From positions 24,963 to 88,962 of the forward strand of contig MU626340.1 of NCBI GenBank assembly GCA_025603075.1: DNA of 64,000 nucleotides, read 5' to 3'. Positions 1 through 11,167 of the stretch are shown here, one piece after another. The position numbers were made by a program, and so were the translations under genes. The DNA comes from Neoconidiobolus thromboides FSU 785 (Eukaryota > Fungi > Entomophthoromycota). Under the pieces are notes generated by a model, which saw nothing but the letters and a program-made list of their open reading frames with translations, did no database searches and was not told the DNA's origin. How positions within the stretch are numbered: the stretch's first letter is position 1; every line of letters starts with the position of its first letter.

Positions 1-378
1 ATTCTAAAAACAGGTTTAAAGGAAGTTTATATTTTTTATTAGCTTTATTTAGAAATTATTTTTGCTGTACCTTAAATTTGATGAAGTTTCAAAACTCAAA
101 GTACGGAAATGAGTCAAGTACCTGTATGAGAGAAGCCAATCAAGTCAGCTTCATCTTTAATAAGTGACAATCAATGTTATATTCTAACAAAAAAAAGAAT
201 ATAAATTAATTGATAAGCCATCTATAATTAATTTGGTATCTTTATAAAATTTCAATAAATTTAAATTTGTAAATAGTGTACATACTTTGTAAATAACATC
301 TCTCCAACCAATTGTTTAATATACTCCATTTCATTTTACTAATTATCAATAATCTAATTTTAATTGTCAATCTCAATA

Positions 379-1958
379 ATGGATACAATAAAAGATAAAA
401 CTTTTCATCCTAATACTGAACTTATTCCCGTGACTAAGAGGGAGAAATATGGCTTCTATGTGTTTGGCTTTGCTGTAAGTTTATCTTTTTATTGTTCATG
501 TAGTAAACTAAATATATTTAGACGGAAGTATTCTATTCTACTGCTATGGGTGTAGCAATCCCAATTATCCTTGAAACTTTAGCTGCAAACGCTGGTTTCG
601 ATAGTAAAGATCTTTCAAAACCATGTGATACAAGTAAGGAATATCTTTGCAAGGTTAATCTTGCAGGAACTTGGTACGATACCTCTGCATTTACTTTGTA
701 TACTACTGCCGTATCCGTTGCTTTTCAAGCTTTAGTTTTTGTAAGTTTGTCTTCTATTGCAGATTATGGGAACTTGAGAAAAACTATGCTTTTAACAACT
801 TCAACAATATCTGCGATAGTTTTAATTTTATTTTTAACAGTTGTTAAAAATGAGCACTTCTGGCTTGCTGCTATTTACACCATTATTGGTAATGTAGCTT
901 TTGGTGCCAGTTATGTATTTTATTATGCTTACGTCCCTACTTTAACTGCCTATAGTCCAGAAGTATTAGAAGTAGACCCTACTGACGAGAATAAATTTCG
1001 TGAAGTGCGTGAAGAGGTCGGTAATGAAATTTCCAGCAAAGGGTTTGGTGCCAGTTATTTAGCAGCTGTTATTCATTTAGCTATTTCCGCTGGTATTATG
1101 ATTGCTATCAGTAAAGTAGGTCCTGTTGAAACGTATCCTCTACAGATTTTATGTGCATTCGCTGGAGTTTGGATGCTATTTTTCCTTTTATTTGCTGCAA
1201 AATGGCTAAAGAGCCGCCCGGGTGCTCCGCTCCCAGAAGGCGAAAACTATCTTATATACTCTTGGAAACAAACCTTCTTTACCTTTACTCACGTTTCAAC
1301 CCTTACTGAAGCATTTTTGTTTTTGTTAGCATGGTTCATTATGTCTGACGCTGTTTCAACCATCGTTGCAGTTGCTGTTATTTTTGCTAAAAAGGACCTA
1401 CAATTTCAGCTATTTGAATTACTTATTGCTGCTATTATTGTACCCATTGCTGCTGGAATCGGGTGTGTCTTTTGGAATTTCATTCGCTCCCGTTTTAAAC
1501 TTACAACTAAGACTATGATTTTAATCCTCTCTTTATTATATTGTTTATTACCACTTTATGGGTTAATTGGTTTAGCCCCATCTATTAGCTTTGGTCTTAA
1601 AACTAAAGTTGAAGTATACATTTTTTCTGCATACCATGGTTTCCTTTTAGGTGCAATTCAGTCTTTCTACCGTGTTCTATACTCAGAAATGTTACCAGCC
1701 GGTAAAGAAAATGAATTCTTTGGCCTTTATGAAATTACTGATAAAGGTTCTTCCTGGATCGGTCCTTTAGTTGTTGGTGCTATTTCTGATGCAACTGGGA
1801 GCATCAAATATGGATTTTTCTTCCTTTTAGGCTCTATGCTTATCTCAATCTTTATAGTATGGTTTGTTAACCCAACCAGAGGCGTTTTACAGGCACGTAA
1901 CTTTGAACAGAAAGAAAAGGAGTTACATTCTCAAATCAAATTAGATGACCTTCAGTAA
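379..1958 (+). CDS. ATG22: Atg22-like vacuolar amino-acid efflux transporter (MFS)
   Basis: Exon 379-474, GT-AG intron 475-521, exon 522-1958 in frame with the 470-aa ORF; about 12 hydrophobic helices; Atg22-type motifs FVSLSSIADYG, GNVAFGASYVFYYAYVP and EFFGLYEITDKGSSWIGP. Confidence 0.85.
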
Positions 1959-2429
1959 ATTACATATCCATGTATTACTTGCTTACGAACAATTTGATCT
2001 TATTCCCAACTATGATTCATTATCTAACAATATATTAAATGTGACACCTAAATATTTTTTTCAATTTTTAATTTTTATTATTGTTATAAAATCCCAAATA
2101 ATTATTTTAAATAAAATATTGATAGAGGTTATTTTGACATCCATTTTATAGTCAATGTCAAATCTCATATTAAGCTGTTCCCAAAGAATGATTTCTTTTA
2201 GAAAGGTTACATTTAGTAGCTTATAAGAGAAAAATCTTCGATTTGGATAACAGCTTATGCTTAATAACGCACTACAATTCTACCAAATAGGTTTACATAG
2301 TCGAAATCATACACTAAGTTACTATAGCTTGTATAACTTTAAATTACTTGTGTTTATTTTATTATCCAAATATTGATTCCAGTTCTAAACCTACTTGAAA
2401 ATTCGACTGTATTGGGCTTTCTTCCATAT

Positions 2430-2528
2430 GGGGATGATTTTTTTGATTTCATTACTTTTTCCACCTTTTAAGCGCTATTTAAGCGGAAAATTTGTTAGTA
2501 AAATTCTTAACCACAAAAATACATCCCC
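2430..2528 (-). mobile_element. ~99-bp MITE family, copy 1
   Basis: GGGGATG...CATCCCC termini flanked by ATAT on both sides; interior matches the other copies in reverse orientation. Confidence 0.85.
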
Positions 2529-2997
2529 ATATTCTGTCGCAAAAAGTGAAAAAATTTGCAGAATCTTTCCGAATGAGGGTGACACACTGAAACAGTATAA
2601 ACCACTCTTTACAATTTACTACTGTTTTCAGAAAACAAACTTCAAAAGATTACCAATAAGACTAATTTATGCTATGGAAAATGATAGTTAAAATCACCAT
2701 TTTTTTTGAGGTTCAGTTTTCGCAACAGAATATATAGGAAAATTTAATATTTCATAGTTTATTATAGTATGGAAAGAAACTTTGATACCATTTTAAGCAA
2801 TTAATAGCTCAACAAAAGTAATAAATATAAAAACCAGTGCATATAATTTTAGTTTGTCTTTAAAATATTTATCAATAGCTCTTATTAAAGACATAATAAG
2901 GTAATGAGTATTATTTAAAATTAATTTTAAAATATTTACATTTATATTTAGTTTTTGTTGCTTTTTAATTATTTAAGAATTAGGACCAACTTAATAT

Positions 2998-3095
2998 GGG
3001 AGTGTTTTTTTGTCTTCATTACTTTTTCCATCCCTCAAACACTATTTGAGCGGAAAAGTTGTTAATAAAATTATTAAACACAAAAATACATCCCC
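2998..3095 (-). mobile_element. MITE copy 2
   Basis: ATAT-GGGAGTG...CATCCCC-ATAT; near-exact reverse complement of copy 5. Confidence 0.85.
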
Positions 3096-3194
3096 ATATG
3101 TTTACTTGTTAAAAATTAAAAGTTTTTTATTATATGATACCTTTATTAACATTTTGTTTTATTATTTTGAATAAAAAACAGTCCTTTAAAATAT

Positions 3195-3291
3195 GGGGAT
3201 GCGTTTTTTTATTTAAGAATTTTATTACAATCTTTCCACTCAAATAGCGCTTAAAAAATGGAAAAATAATGAAACTAAAAAAAACAGCCCC
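3195..3291 (+). mobile_element. MITE copy 3
   Basis: ATAT-GGGGATG...CAGCCCC-ATAT with conserved core tttaagaatttt...ttcc.ctcaaatagcgcttaaaaaatggaaaa. Confidence 0.85.
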
Positions 3292-3420
3292 ATATATATA
3301 ATTACTATTTTCAATTCTAGCGCTAATGACTTCAATACTTATATTATTTTTGATGATATAATAACAGAGTCTTGTGTTAACTTTCAGATTTTTATCTTTA
3401 TTACTTATTTTGATATAGTT

Positions 3421-3514
3421 AGGAATATATTTTTTTAAAGAATTTTACTAATAATCTTTCCATTCAAACAACACTCAAAAAAATGGAAAAAACAATGATA
3501 CCAAAAACATCCCC
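3421..3514 (+). mobile_element. MITE copy 4 (degenerate left end)
   Basis: Core and right terminus AAAAACATCCCC present; left terminus eroded. Confidence 0.7.
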
Positions 3515-3815
3515 AAATGGTATAAATATTTTTCTTTTTTTTGTTAATAGATACTTTTTAAAAAGATTGATATTAAATTCATTTTAATCTATTAATTTTT
3601 TTACCATTTGTATTTACTCTAACATTATTGTTTTTGTATATTGATTGTTTTTAATTTGTTTTTTATAATATTAATTATTTTATTTTTGACATTAAAATAC
3701 TTATGATAATAACATAAGCTATAAAATGTTATATTTTAATATTAATTAATAATACAAATATTTTGTAATGACACTACTACTTTTTATTCAATCAAAGAAA
3801 GAATTATCATCATAT

Positions 3816-3916
3816 GGGGATGTATTTTTGTGTTTAATAATTTTACTAACAACTTTTCCGCTCAAATAGTGCTTGAGGGATGGAAAAAGTAATGAAGCTA
3901 AAAAAACACTCCCCCC
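3816..3916 (+). mobile_element. MITE copy 5
   Basis: ATAT-GGGGATG...CACTCCCCCC-ATAT. Confidence 0.85.
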
Positions 3917-4096
3917 ATATATTAAAATTATAAAATACAACTATATAATGTTTACGTATAAACAAACGCTACTAGCTTTCTGGTAGTATATAAGTTGAAA
4001 AGAATATAGCCTGGTTGTACTCCTTATTAAAACTCTTTAAATTTTAATTTTTTATCTAATATTATCAAATTTGAATAAGTTTGTAAAGTAATATAT

Positions 4097-4195
4097 GGGG
4101 ATGTATTTTTGTGTTTAAGAATTTTACCAACAAATTTTCCGCTTAAATGGCGCTTAGAAAATGGAAAAAATAATGAAGTCAAAAAAAACACTCCC
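4097..4195 (+). mobile_element. MITE copy 6
   Basis: ATAT-GGGGATG...CACTCCC-ATAT; only 2 differences from the reverse complement of copy 10. Confidence 0.9.
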
Positions 4196-4555
4196 ATATG
4201 CCTTACTGAAGAACTCTTTAAATCGGATTTTTATTTTAGCACTTCATTAAAATGAGGTCATCAAAAACAGTTTGCTGTAGTTTAAAATTATAAATTTATA
4301 GAATAACGTCAGCTTAAAAATAAGTTTAAATAATACAAGCAATAAAATGTTTAAAAGGCGATAAGGCGGCTATTAACATTTCATCCAAGTCAACTGATAA
4401 CATGAGTTTTTTAAGGATCATTCTGATGTAAAACAGTGATCGAATAAATTGTATAAGTTAACAACTAAATTCTGAAATAAAGTCATTATGAGATCATTAA
4501 TTCAAAGAGTATAAATACCCGAACAGAAATTTAATAAAATATCAAAAAAATAAAA

Positions 4556-4867
4556 ATGTTCGGTAACAAAAAAAGAAGTGATAGCAAAGTCAATGGAAAG
4601 AAGAATGAAGTAGCTGGCAGCTTTAAACAAATGTTTGGGAAATTGACCTGGAATTATTCAATGAGAAATCGCGGATTTGCCCAAAAGAACCATGGTAAAA
4701 TGGAACAAAATATGGCTAAATCAAAAGGATATGCTAACGGCGTTAAACACTCAGCAAAAGGAAGTAGCAAAACTTGGTTTGGCTCTAAAATTGGCAACCC
4801 CAGAATGTACACCTCTGGAAAAAAACACACCGCCAAGGGTAACTTCTTAAAGAGAATTCATTCTTAA
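4556..4867 (+). CDS. CsbD-like repeat protein, similar in pattern to fungal HMP1 (mismatch/cruciform DNA-binding) proteins
   Basis: 103-aa ORF with two CsbD-type repeats (GSFKQMFGKLT...G...GKMEQ..AKSKGY..G.K...KG..K..FG...G); family recognised from memory. Confidence 0.7.
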   Translation: MFGNKKRSDSKVNGKKNEVAGSFKQMFGKLTWNYSMRNRGFAQKNHGKMEQNMAKSKGYANGVKHSAKGSSKTWFGSKIGNPRMYTSGKKHTAKGNFLKRIHS

Positions 4868-5291
4868 TCTTATTTTTTATATTAATTAATAAACTTGTAA
4901 ATATGTAAAATGTTTTATAACTGACTTATTTTTATCCTTCTATTCATAAAATAATCTTAATAGTTTATAATAATATATATTTCATAATATTTAACACTGA
5001 TTATATTATTAGCACTAATTTAAAGTCCTTATTCTAGTCGCTATCAAATTGATTCTACTATTATGTAATCATTTCAATAAAACTATTTCCTAAAGATTAA
5101 ACAATTTTTACTGAATGTATTCCTATGCTATTAGTCTAAATTACATGGAACTTATAAATTCGATTTATACTTCTTACCTAAAATTAATCATGTCATAAAT
5201 CTATAAAAAAATCTCAAAAAGTAAGCTCGAATTTAAAGTTAATAATGGCGGATTAATTAAATAATTTAAAATAAAATATATTTTAAAATTT

Positions 5292-5959
5292 TTAGAAAAC
5301 AAGAGCAGCACCCTTGGTTTTCTTGTCACCACCAAGTTCGAAGTGTTTGCAACGTTTTAATGGTAATTGAGCCTTATACTTGCATACAGTGCACTCAAGA
5401 CGAAGGACAACCTTTTTGGTAGTTTTGGCCTATTCATGATTTAATTTGAAACCTCTTTTAATTCGAATAGTGTTACCTTTTTCTTGAAAACTGGTTTAGT
5501 TTGACCACCAAAACCGGATTGTTTAGCATCGTAACGTCTCTTACCTGAAAAATTAATCTTTGTAAATCTTTGATGTTAAACTATTTACCTTGAGCGAAAA
5601 GAGAGGCTTTTCCGGTCTTGTATTGAGTAACTTTGTGAGGGGTATGCTTACGGCAAGCCTTACCCTTGCAGTAGGTGTTACGGGTTTTTGGAATATTGAC
5701 CTAGTTCTTTTGTCAGTTCATTATTCCGTTTCATTATTTTAAACTTTCAAAGCTATTTATTTTTTATATTGTAATCTTCAGAAAGTGATGTAGTTTGGTA
5801 TTTTGCAATAAGCTCTTATTGTTATGTTGAGCTATACTCTGATATTTCGATGGTTGCATCTGCATTTCATTTGCTCCATTATAGTTCTTTTTCTTTGTTG
5901 TCGCTTTTACTTTATATCCAAGTCTTCTGTTTATGTGTGATTAAGCATATGCTTACCAT
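5292..5959 (-). CDS. RPL44: 60S ribosomal protein eL42 (L44/L36a)
   Basis: Four exons (5957-5959, 5589-5700, 5477-5544, 5292-5429) splice to 106 aa [20 protein letters not shown]...[26 protein letters not shown]...KGAALVF; all introns GT-AG. Confidence 0.97.
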
Positions 5960-6615
5960 TTTTCTTAAAGAGGAGGTTCCTACTACAAATTAGAAAAGAG
6001 GATGATTTTAGTGTATAGATTCATATTATTTTACTAAATCGGCACTGCTTGGGTAGTAACTTGAACTCTTGCAGCATATCATATTTCTTATCCAATCATT
6101 TTTTTACTTTGCTTTTAATTTCATTTTTAGCTTACTTTTATGAATTTTGCTTTAATTCATTTCAAAATTAAATAACAATAATATCTAAATTAAATGTTAA
6201 TGTATAAAACTATATAATATTATTTAAAATAGTTTTATTGTGTTACATATTCATGTTTAATAAATAGTGTTTTATAATATTTTTTTAAATATCAAGGCAT
6301 GAAAACATTGAAATAATATATAAATTTTATAAAAGATACTTTGTATCTTTTAAACTTAGCCTTTAAAAAATGTGTAGATATTAATTTCTTATATGTTATC
6401 ATAATTAAATATGAGTTAGTATGATATATTTCATAAAACAATTTTTGCTAATATACTATAAAGCTTTTATAATTTAGTAGTTTTTAGTGCAAAATAAAAT
6501 TAATAAAAAAATACAATTTGAAGAATCAATGACAAGAACCAATAGCAATTAAGCTTCAAATAAACAAATTTTTACTTTTCAACTTGATTAGTTTTTATTT
6601 TCAATTAAATATCAA

Positions 6616-8519
6616 ATGAGTAAGAAACCAAATGCTGATGAAGTAATCACTATATGAAATACAATCACTATTTACTTAACGATTCCATTTTAGATTGCGA
6701 TCCAGCATAAAAAATTATTAGAAAGGATAAAAAATAGTCAAAATCTAATCAATCCAAGTAACTATGGAGCACCAAGACCACCACCATTAAATACTACAAA
6801 CACCAATTTTGTACCCCGACAACCTCTGGGAACACCTTCACTTGTGAGCAACCAAGTACGTCCTGGAGGGATAAGGCCATTAGCCCCACAGGGTGTACTT
6901 TCCTCAGCAGAATTACAAAAGAAGATTTTGGAAGGACAAAAATTAAAAGAAACAATTTTACAACGAAAGGTAAGCAAATATACAAGTAATTGTCTTAAAT
7001 TAAATGATTTTTTCAGAAAGAAATCGAGTCTAGGACTGCTGAACCCAAAATTAAGGGCGGACTGAATATGCAGCTGCATCCACTTTTAGCTCAAATAGGA
7101 AAAAAGATTGATCAAGAAACAATAACCAATTTCATACCAAGAAATAAATTTGTTACAGCTAAAGTAATTTATGATTTATTTTATAAATAATTATTTTGTT
7201 CTAATTGAAATTAAGGCTAATCAAAAACAAACCAGTAAACCGGCTGTAAAAGAAGTAGAAAAGCCTAAAGAAGAAGAAAAGGAATCAATAACTAAAAACC
7301 CATATTTTGATCCAGAACTTGGGATGCAATATGCTGTCCCTAAGCCTAGATTAAACCGAAGCTTTAAGTTCAATGAGCAAGGTAAATGGATCGAAAGAGG
7401 CAATCAAGTGAGAGCTGAGGTATAATCTATTTTATTATATAAGGTTAGATATTGATGATGTTATTTTAGGCTATGGTTGAAAAACTTCGAGAACAAATTG
7501 CAGCAAGGGCGAAGGCTGCAGGAATGGAAGAAGAATTAGAATTAGTTTCGGATAAAGTGCTTAAGGTAATTCTTTTAAAATTTAATATTCAAAACTAATA
7601 AATATGAAAATAGAGAGATCCAGCTCCGGAAGTAGAATGGTGGGACAGAGAGTTTTTTGCTCAACCAGCACTTGGTATAGAAAGAGTATTTGATTATAAT
7701 AAATTAGAGTTTGAAGAGCGTAATGGAGTAACTAACCTGATACATCATCCTGTGGAGATTAAACCACCATTTGAAAAAAGAAAAGTGGTCAGTAAACCAT
7801 TGATGCTTACCAAACAAGAAAGGAAGAAATTGAGACGTCAAAGAAGAGCTGAAGAACTTAAAGAGAAACAGGAAAAGATTAGATTAGGTTTATTACCCCC
7901 GGAACAAACTAAGGTAAAATTGTCGAACTTAATGAGAGTATTGGCAAGTGAGACAGTAGAAAATCCAACTCAAATTGAAGCCCAAGTCCGTTCACAAGTA
8001 GCTGATCGTAAGAGAGAACATGAGAAACAAAATGAGGAACGTAAGCTTACTGATGAACAGCGCCGAGAAAAAATACGCAAAAAAGCTGTTGAAGATGTTC
8101 GTCAAAATGGATTGTTATCATTAGTGTTTAAAGTAAGAAATTTGGATTCTAAACAACATAAATTTAAAGTTGATAAAAATGCAACACAAAACCAACTTAG
8201 TGGGATGGGAATACTTAACAACAATTTTTGTTTAATTGTTGTTGAAGGAGGGCCTAAGGGAATAAAAAGATATAAAAAATTGATGTTACGTAGAATTCAA
8301 TGGGATGAGTCTAGCTCGGATCCAGACTCTGCTAATTATTGTCATTTAGTTTGGGAAGGTGAAATACACTCACGCCAGTTTAAAGGATTTTCATTTAAGC
8401 CTTGCCCTACAGATTCAATTGTTCGTCAAACTTTATCAAAGTTTAAAGCTGAGCATTATTGGGATTTAGCTAAATCATTGAAACATGATTATGTTATATT
8501 CGAGCCAAATCATTTATAA
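6616..8519 (+). CDS. PRP3: U4/U6 snRNP splicing factor Prp3
   Basis: Multi-exon. Last exon has LMLTKQERKKLRRQRR, KVKLSNLMRVL, HKFKVDKNATQNQLSG, VVEGGPKGIKRYKKLMLRRIQW and NYCHLVWEG. Start inferred at ATG 6616 (exon 6616-6642, intron 6643-6693). Confidence 0.92.
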
Positions 8520-8715
8520 GTAATAAATTGAGTTTGATAATTTAAACAAGTAAAAGCATTATTCTTAATTTATTGTAAATTGATTTTTAATTAAGAACAT
8601 TTGGTAGCCAATAAAAAGTAAAAAATAAAAAACTTTAAAAATATGTCAACATTTTTAATATATTTTTAATATATTTTTAAACAATAATAATAATAGCCAA
8701 GATTAATTATAAACA

Positions 8716-9720
8716 ATGAGTACAAAATCGTTTTTCGAAAAAACAAGGGTCAAAATAGGCTTAGGGATATTTAGTATAATAGGAGTCTTAGTGATATTTT
8801 TTAGCTTAAGTATTCACTTTTATTTAAGTGGAGGAGAAAGTTCAGTATTCAAAAAAGAAATCGATAATGATAAAATGAATGTGTTTGTTTTAGCTTCTGA
8901 ATTTAATCACTATAAAAGGATATTAAAATTGAACGTCAATTTAGTGCTAGGGAAACAGATTGATAAGAGTGGCTTTGAAAGTGAAGAGGAAATCCAAGAG
9001 AGTAATGAAGAAAAAGTAGAAAATAATGGCGAAGAAAAGGAATATAGTCTACAATATCAATTTTGTAATCAAAAAGGAGAATTCAAAACAAATAGTTAGT
9101 AATGATTATTGAAATATAAAAATAATAAAATAAACTTTGATTTTGTAGCTTTTTAAACTCAGAAGTTGAATTTGTATCTGGATCCCCAAAAGGATATCCG
9201 TTTGATGAGTATAAAGTGCCTTTGTCTCAAAATTATGATTTAATCAAAAATAATCAATCTCAAGGCTTGGAGTTTGTTCTAAATTATCGAGCTCACTCTC
9301 TACCTTCTCTAGCTTTGTTAGAAATTGACTTAAATGGGAATAAATATTTGTTATTAAAAAGGGCACTTACTACCAAGTTATTAAGCGTAATAGTTATGAT
9401 TTGTATGTGGGGAATATCGATATTTTTTATGTTATATGTGCTTAATCAAGTGAGACTAAAGAAAGCTATTACACCGAAATCTATTGCCATTGGAAACACA
9501 ATTCTATTTGCATTCCCTAAGCTTAGGAATACGTTGCCAGATATCCCACCTATTGGCATCTATTTGGATTATTTTTCTTTTTTATGGTAAATACAATATA
9601 ACAGATGATTATGTAAGTTAATAATTCAATTCATTATTTAGGAATATGGTCCTCGTTTCAATAGTAGTAATAATTCAAATTATATTATTTGTATTTAAAT
9701 ATAAAAAAATAAAAGGATAG
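8716..9720 (+). CDS. DUF4436-like membrane protein
   Basis: Three exons (introns ~9095-9148 and ~9588-9641). N-terminal TM, GSPKGYPFDEY, then C-terminal TMs with LFAFPKLRNTLPDIPPIGIYLDYFSFLW, which I recognise as the DUF4436 pattern. Confidence 0.62.
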
Positions 9721-9731
9721 TTGAACATTAT

Positions 9732-10748
9732 TTATTTACTTAAAAATTCAATTGTCTTAATTTCATATTTATCGTCTTCTTTTTGTAGTTGTAAAATTAC
9801 ACTTCGCTCATACTTCAATGCTCCTGGATTAACAGTGATTACATGCTTATTTCTTGATAACCCCCAACCTGCATGAGTATGCCCATGAAAATGGATTAAT
9901 GGTTGAATTTCTTGTGCAATCTGGTTTATACTATCACTTCCAGATTCTAATAATGAATCTTCTTCAACAGCTACTCTAGTAGTATCTAAAAAAGATTAGC
10001 ATATGAAAATAGCGGTTTATAGCTAGTACATGAATTGCTTGGGCCTTGATGGGTAATCAAAATAATTTGTGATTCCTCTTTTATTTGATCTTTAAGTTTA
10101 TTAAATTTTTCTAATATTTTAGCTTCATTGTATGGAAATCCTAAAATAATTATAATTAAAATAACAAAGACTTTTTTAATCTACCTAACCAATAAACTTT
10201 TTCTTTTAAAATAGAATCAACGCTACCACCCATTCCCATTAATATCAAATTAGGGGCTTTCGACTATTAGTATTACTATAAAATCATAAGCTAATTATTA
10301 CCAATATTAGTCGTTTGTTCGTGAACATTAATAAAACACTGTGGATCTAAATCAAATTTTTTGATAAAATCAATAGAGCTATTAAACTCTTTAAAACACA
10401 GTTTAGGGTCATGGTTTCCTATTTAATAATAAAAACCAATATAATAACGAATTCAACTTATATTACCTGGAATATAGTAAACGATTGGATTTATTTCGCT
10501 TAGTTTTTTCATCACAGCTACCATTTCAAGCTCATCCTTACTTTGATCCGAGTTATCAAAGTGATCCACATTAACAATGTCGCCTAAGCATATAATGGCA
10601 TCTAACCTGGATCATTTAAGTGATGCAATTTATAGTTTATTACTATTTACTTAATATCTTTGTCTTTAATTCTTAGCTTTAACTTATCAATTGCTTGAAG
10701 TTGGTAATGAATGTCAGTTACTATCAAATAATTTAATTTTTGGGCCAT
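9732..10748 (-). CDS. Calcineurin-like metallophosphoesterase
   Basis: Spliced minus-strand gene with the motifs VTDIH, LGDIVN, PGNHD, HFHGHTH and VNPG. Confidence 0.8.
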
Positions 10749-10806
10749 TGAAAGTTGAGATTAAAGAGTGACGAAGCGTAATCAAAAAAATTTAAAACAA
10801 AAATGA

Positions 10807-10879
10807 AGCCTGATATGGGGCTCGAACCCATGACCCTGAGATTAAAAGTCTCATGCTCTACCGACTGAGCTAATCAGGC
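10807..10879 (-). tRNA. tRNA-Lys (anticodon UUU), intronless
   Basis: Reverse complement GCCTGATTAGCTCAGTCGGTAGAGCATGAGACTTTTAATCTCAGGGTCATGGGTTCGAGCCCCATATCAGGC folds as a cloverleaf with A/B boxes; T-run terminator follows. Confidence 0.97.
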
Positions 10880-11167
10880 TTTTTAATTTTGATGTTTTCA
10901 TTTTTAAAATTTAATTTATAAAATAATAGAATATTTCTCATATTAGATGGTAGTGTAGATACCAATACATGGACTGAAACTATAAATTTAATAACACAAG
11001 GGAAGTTGGTATCTATTAATTTACTTTAATCCATACCAAGGCATTTTTTCCAAGATTTTGAATTGTTTAAAATACCTAGCAAAATGTTTAACTATTATCT
11101 CTGCTATTTATTGAGCATAAATTAAAATTAAAAGAACTGAAGTTTTGTTGCTTGATTAATTAGCGGG

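Noticed and set aside
110-116. TGAGTCA (Gcn4/AP-1 site) upstream of ATG22; also TGACTCA at ~60050
   Set aside because: Biologically plausible, but about 5 such heptamers are expected by chance in 64 kb of this composition, and one lies inside the PARN coding region.
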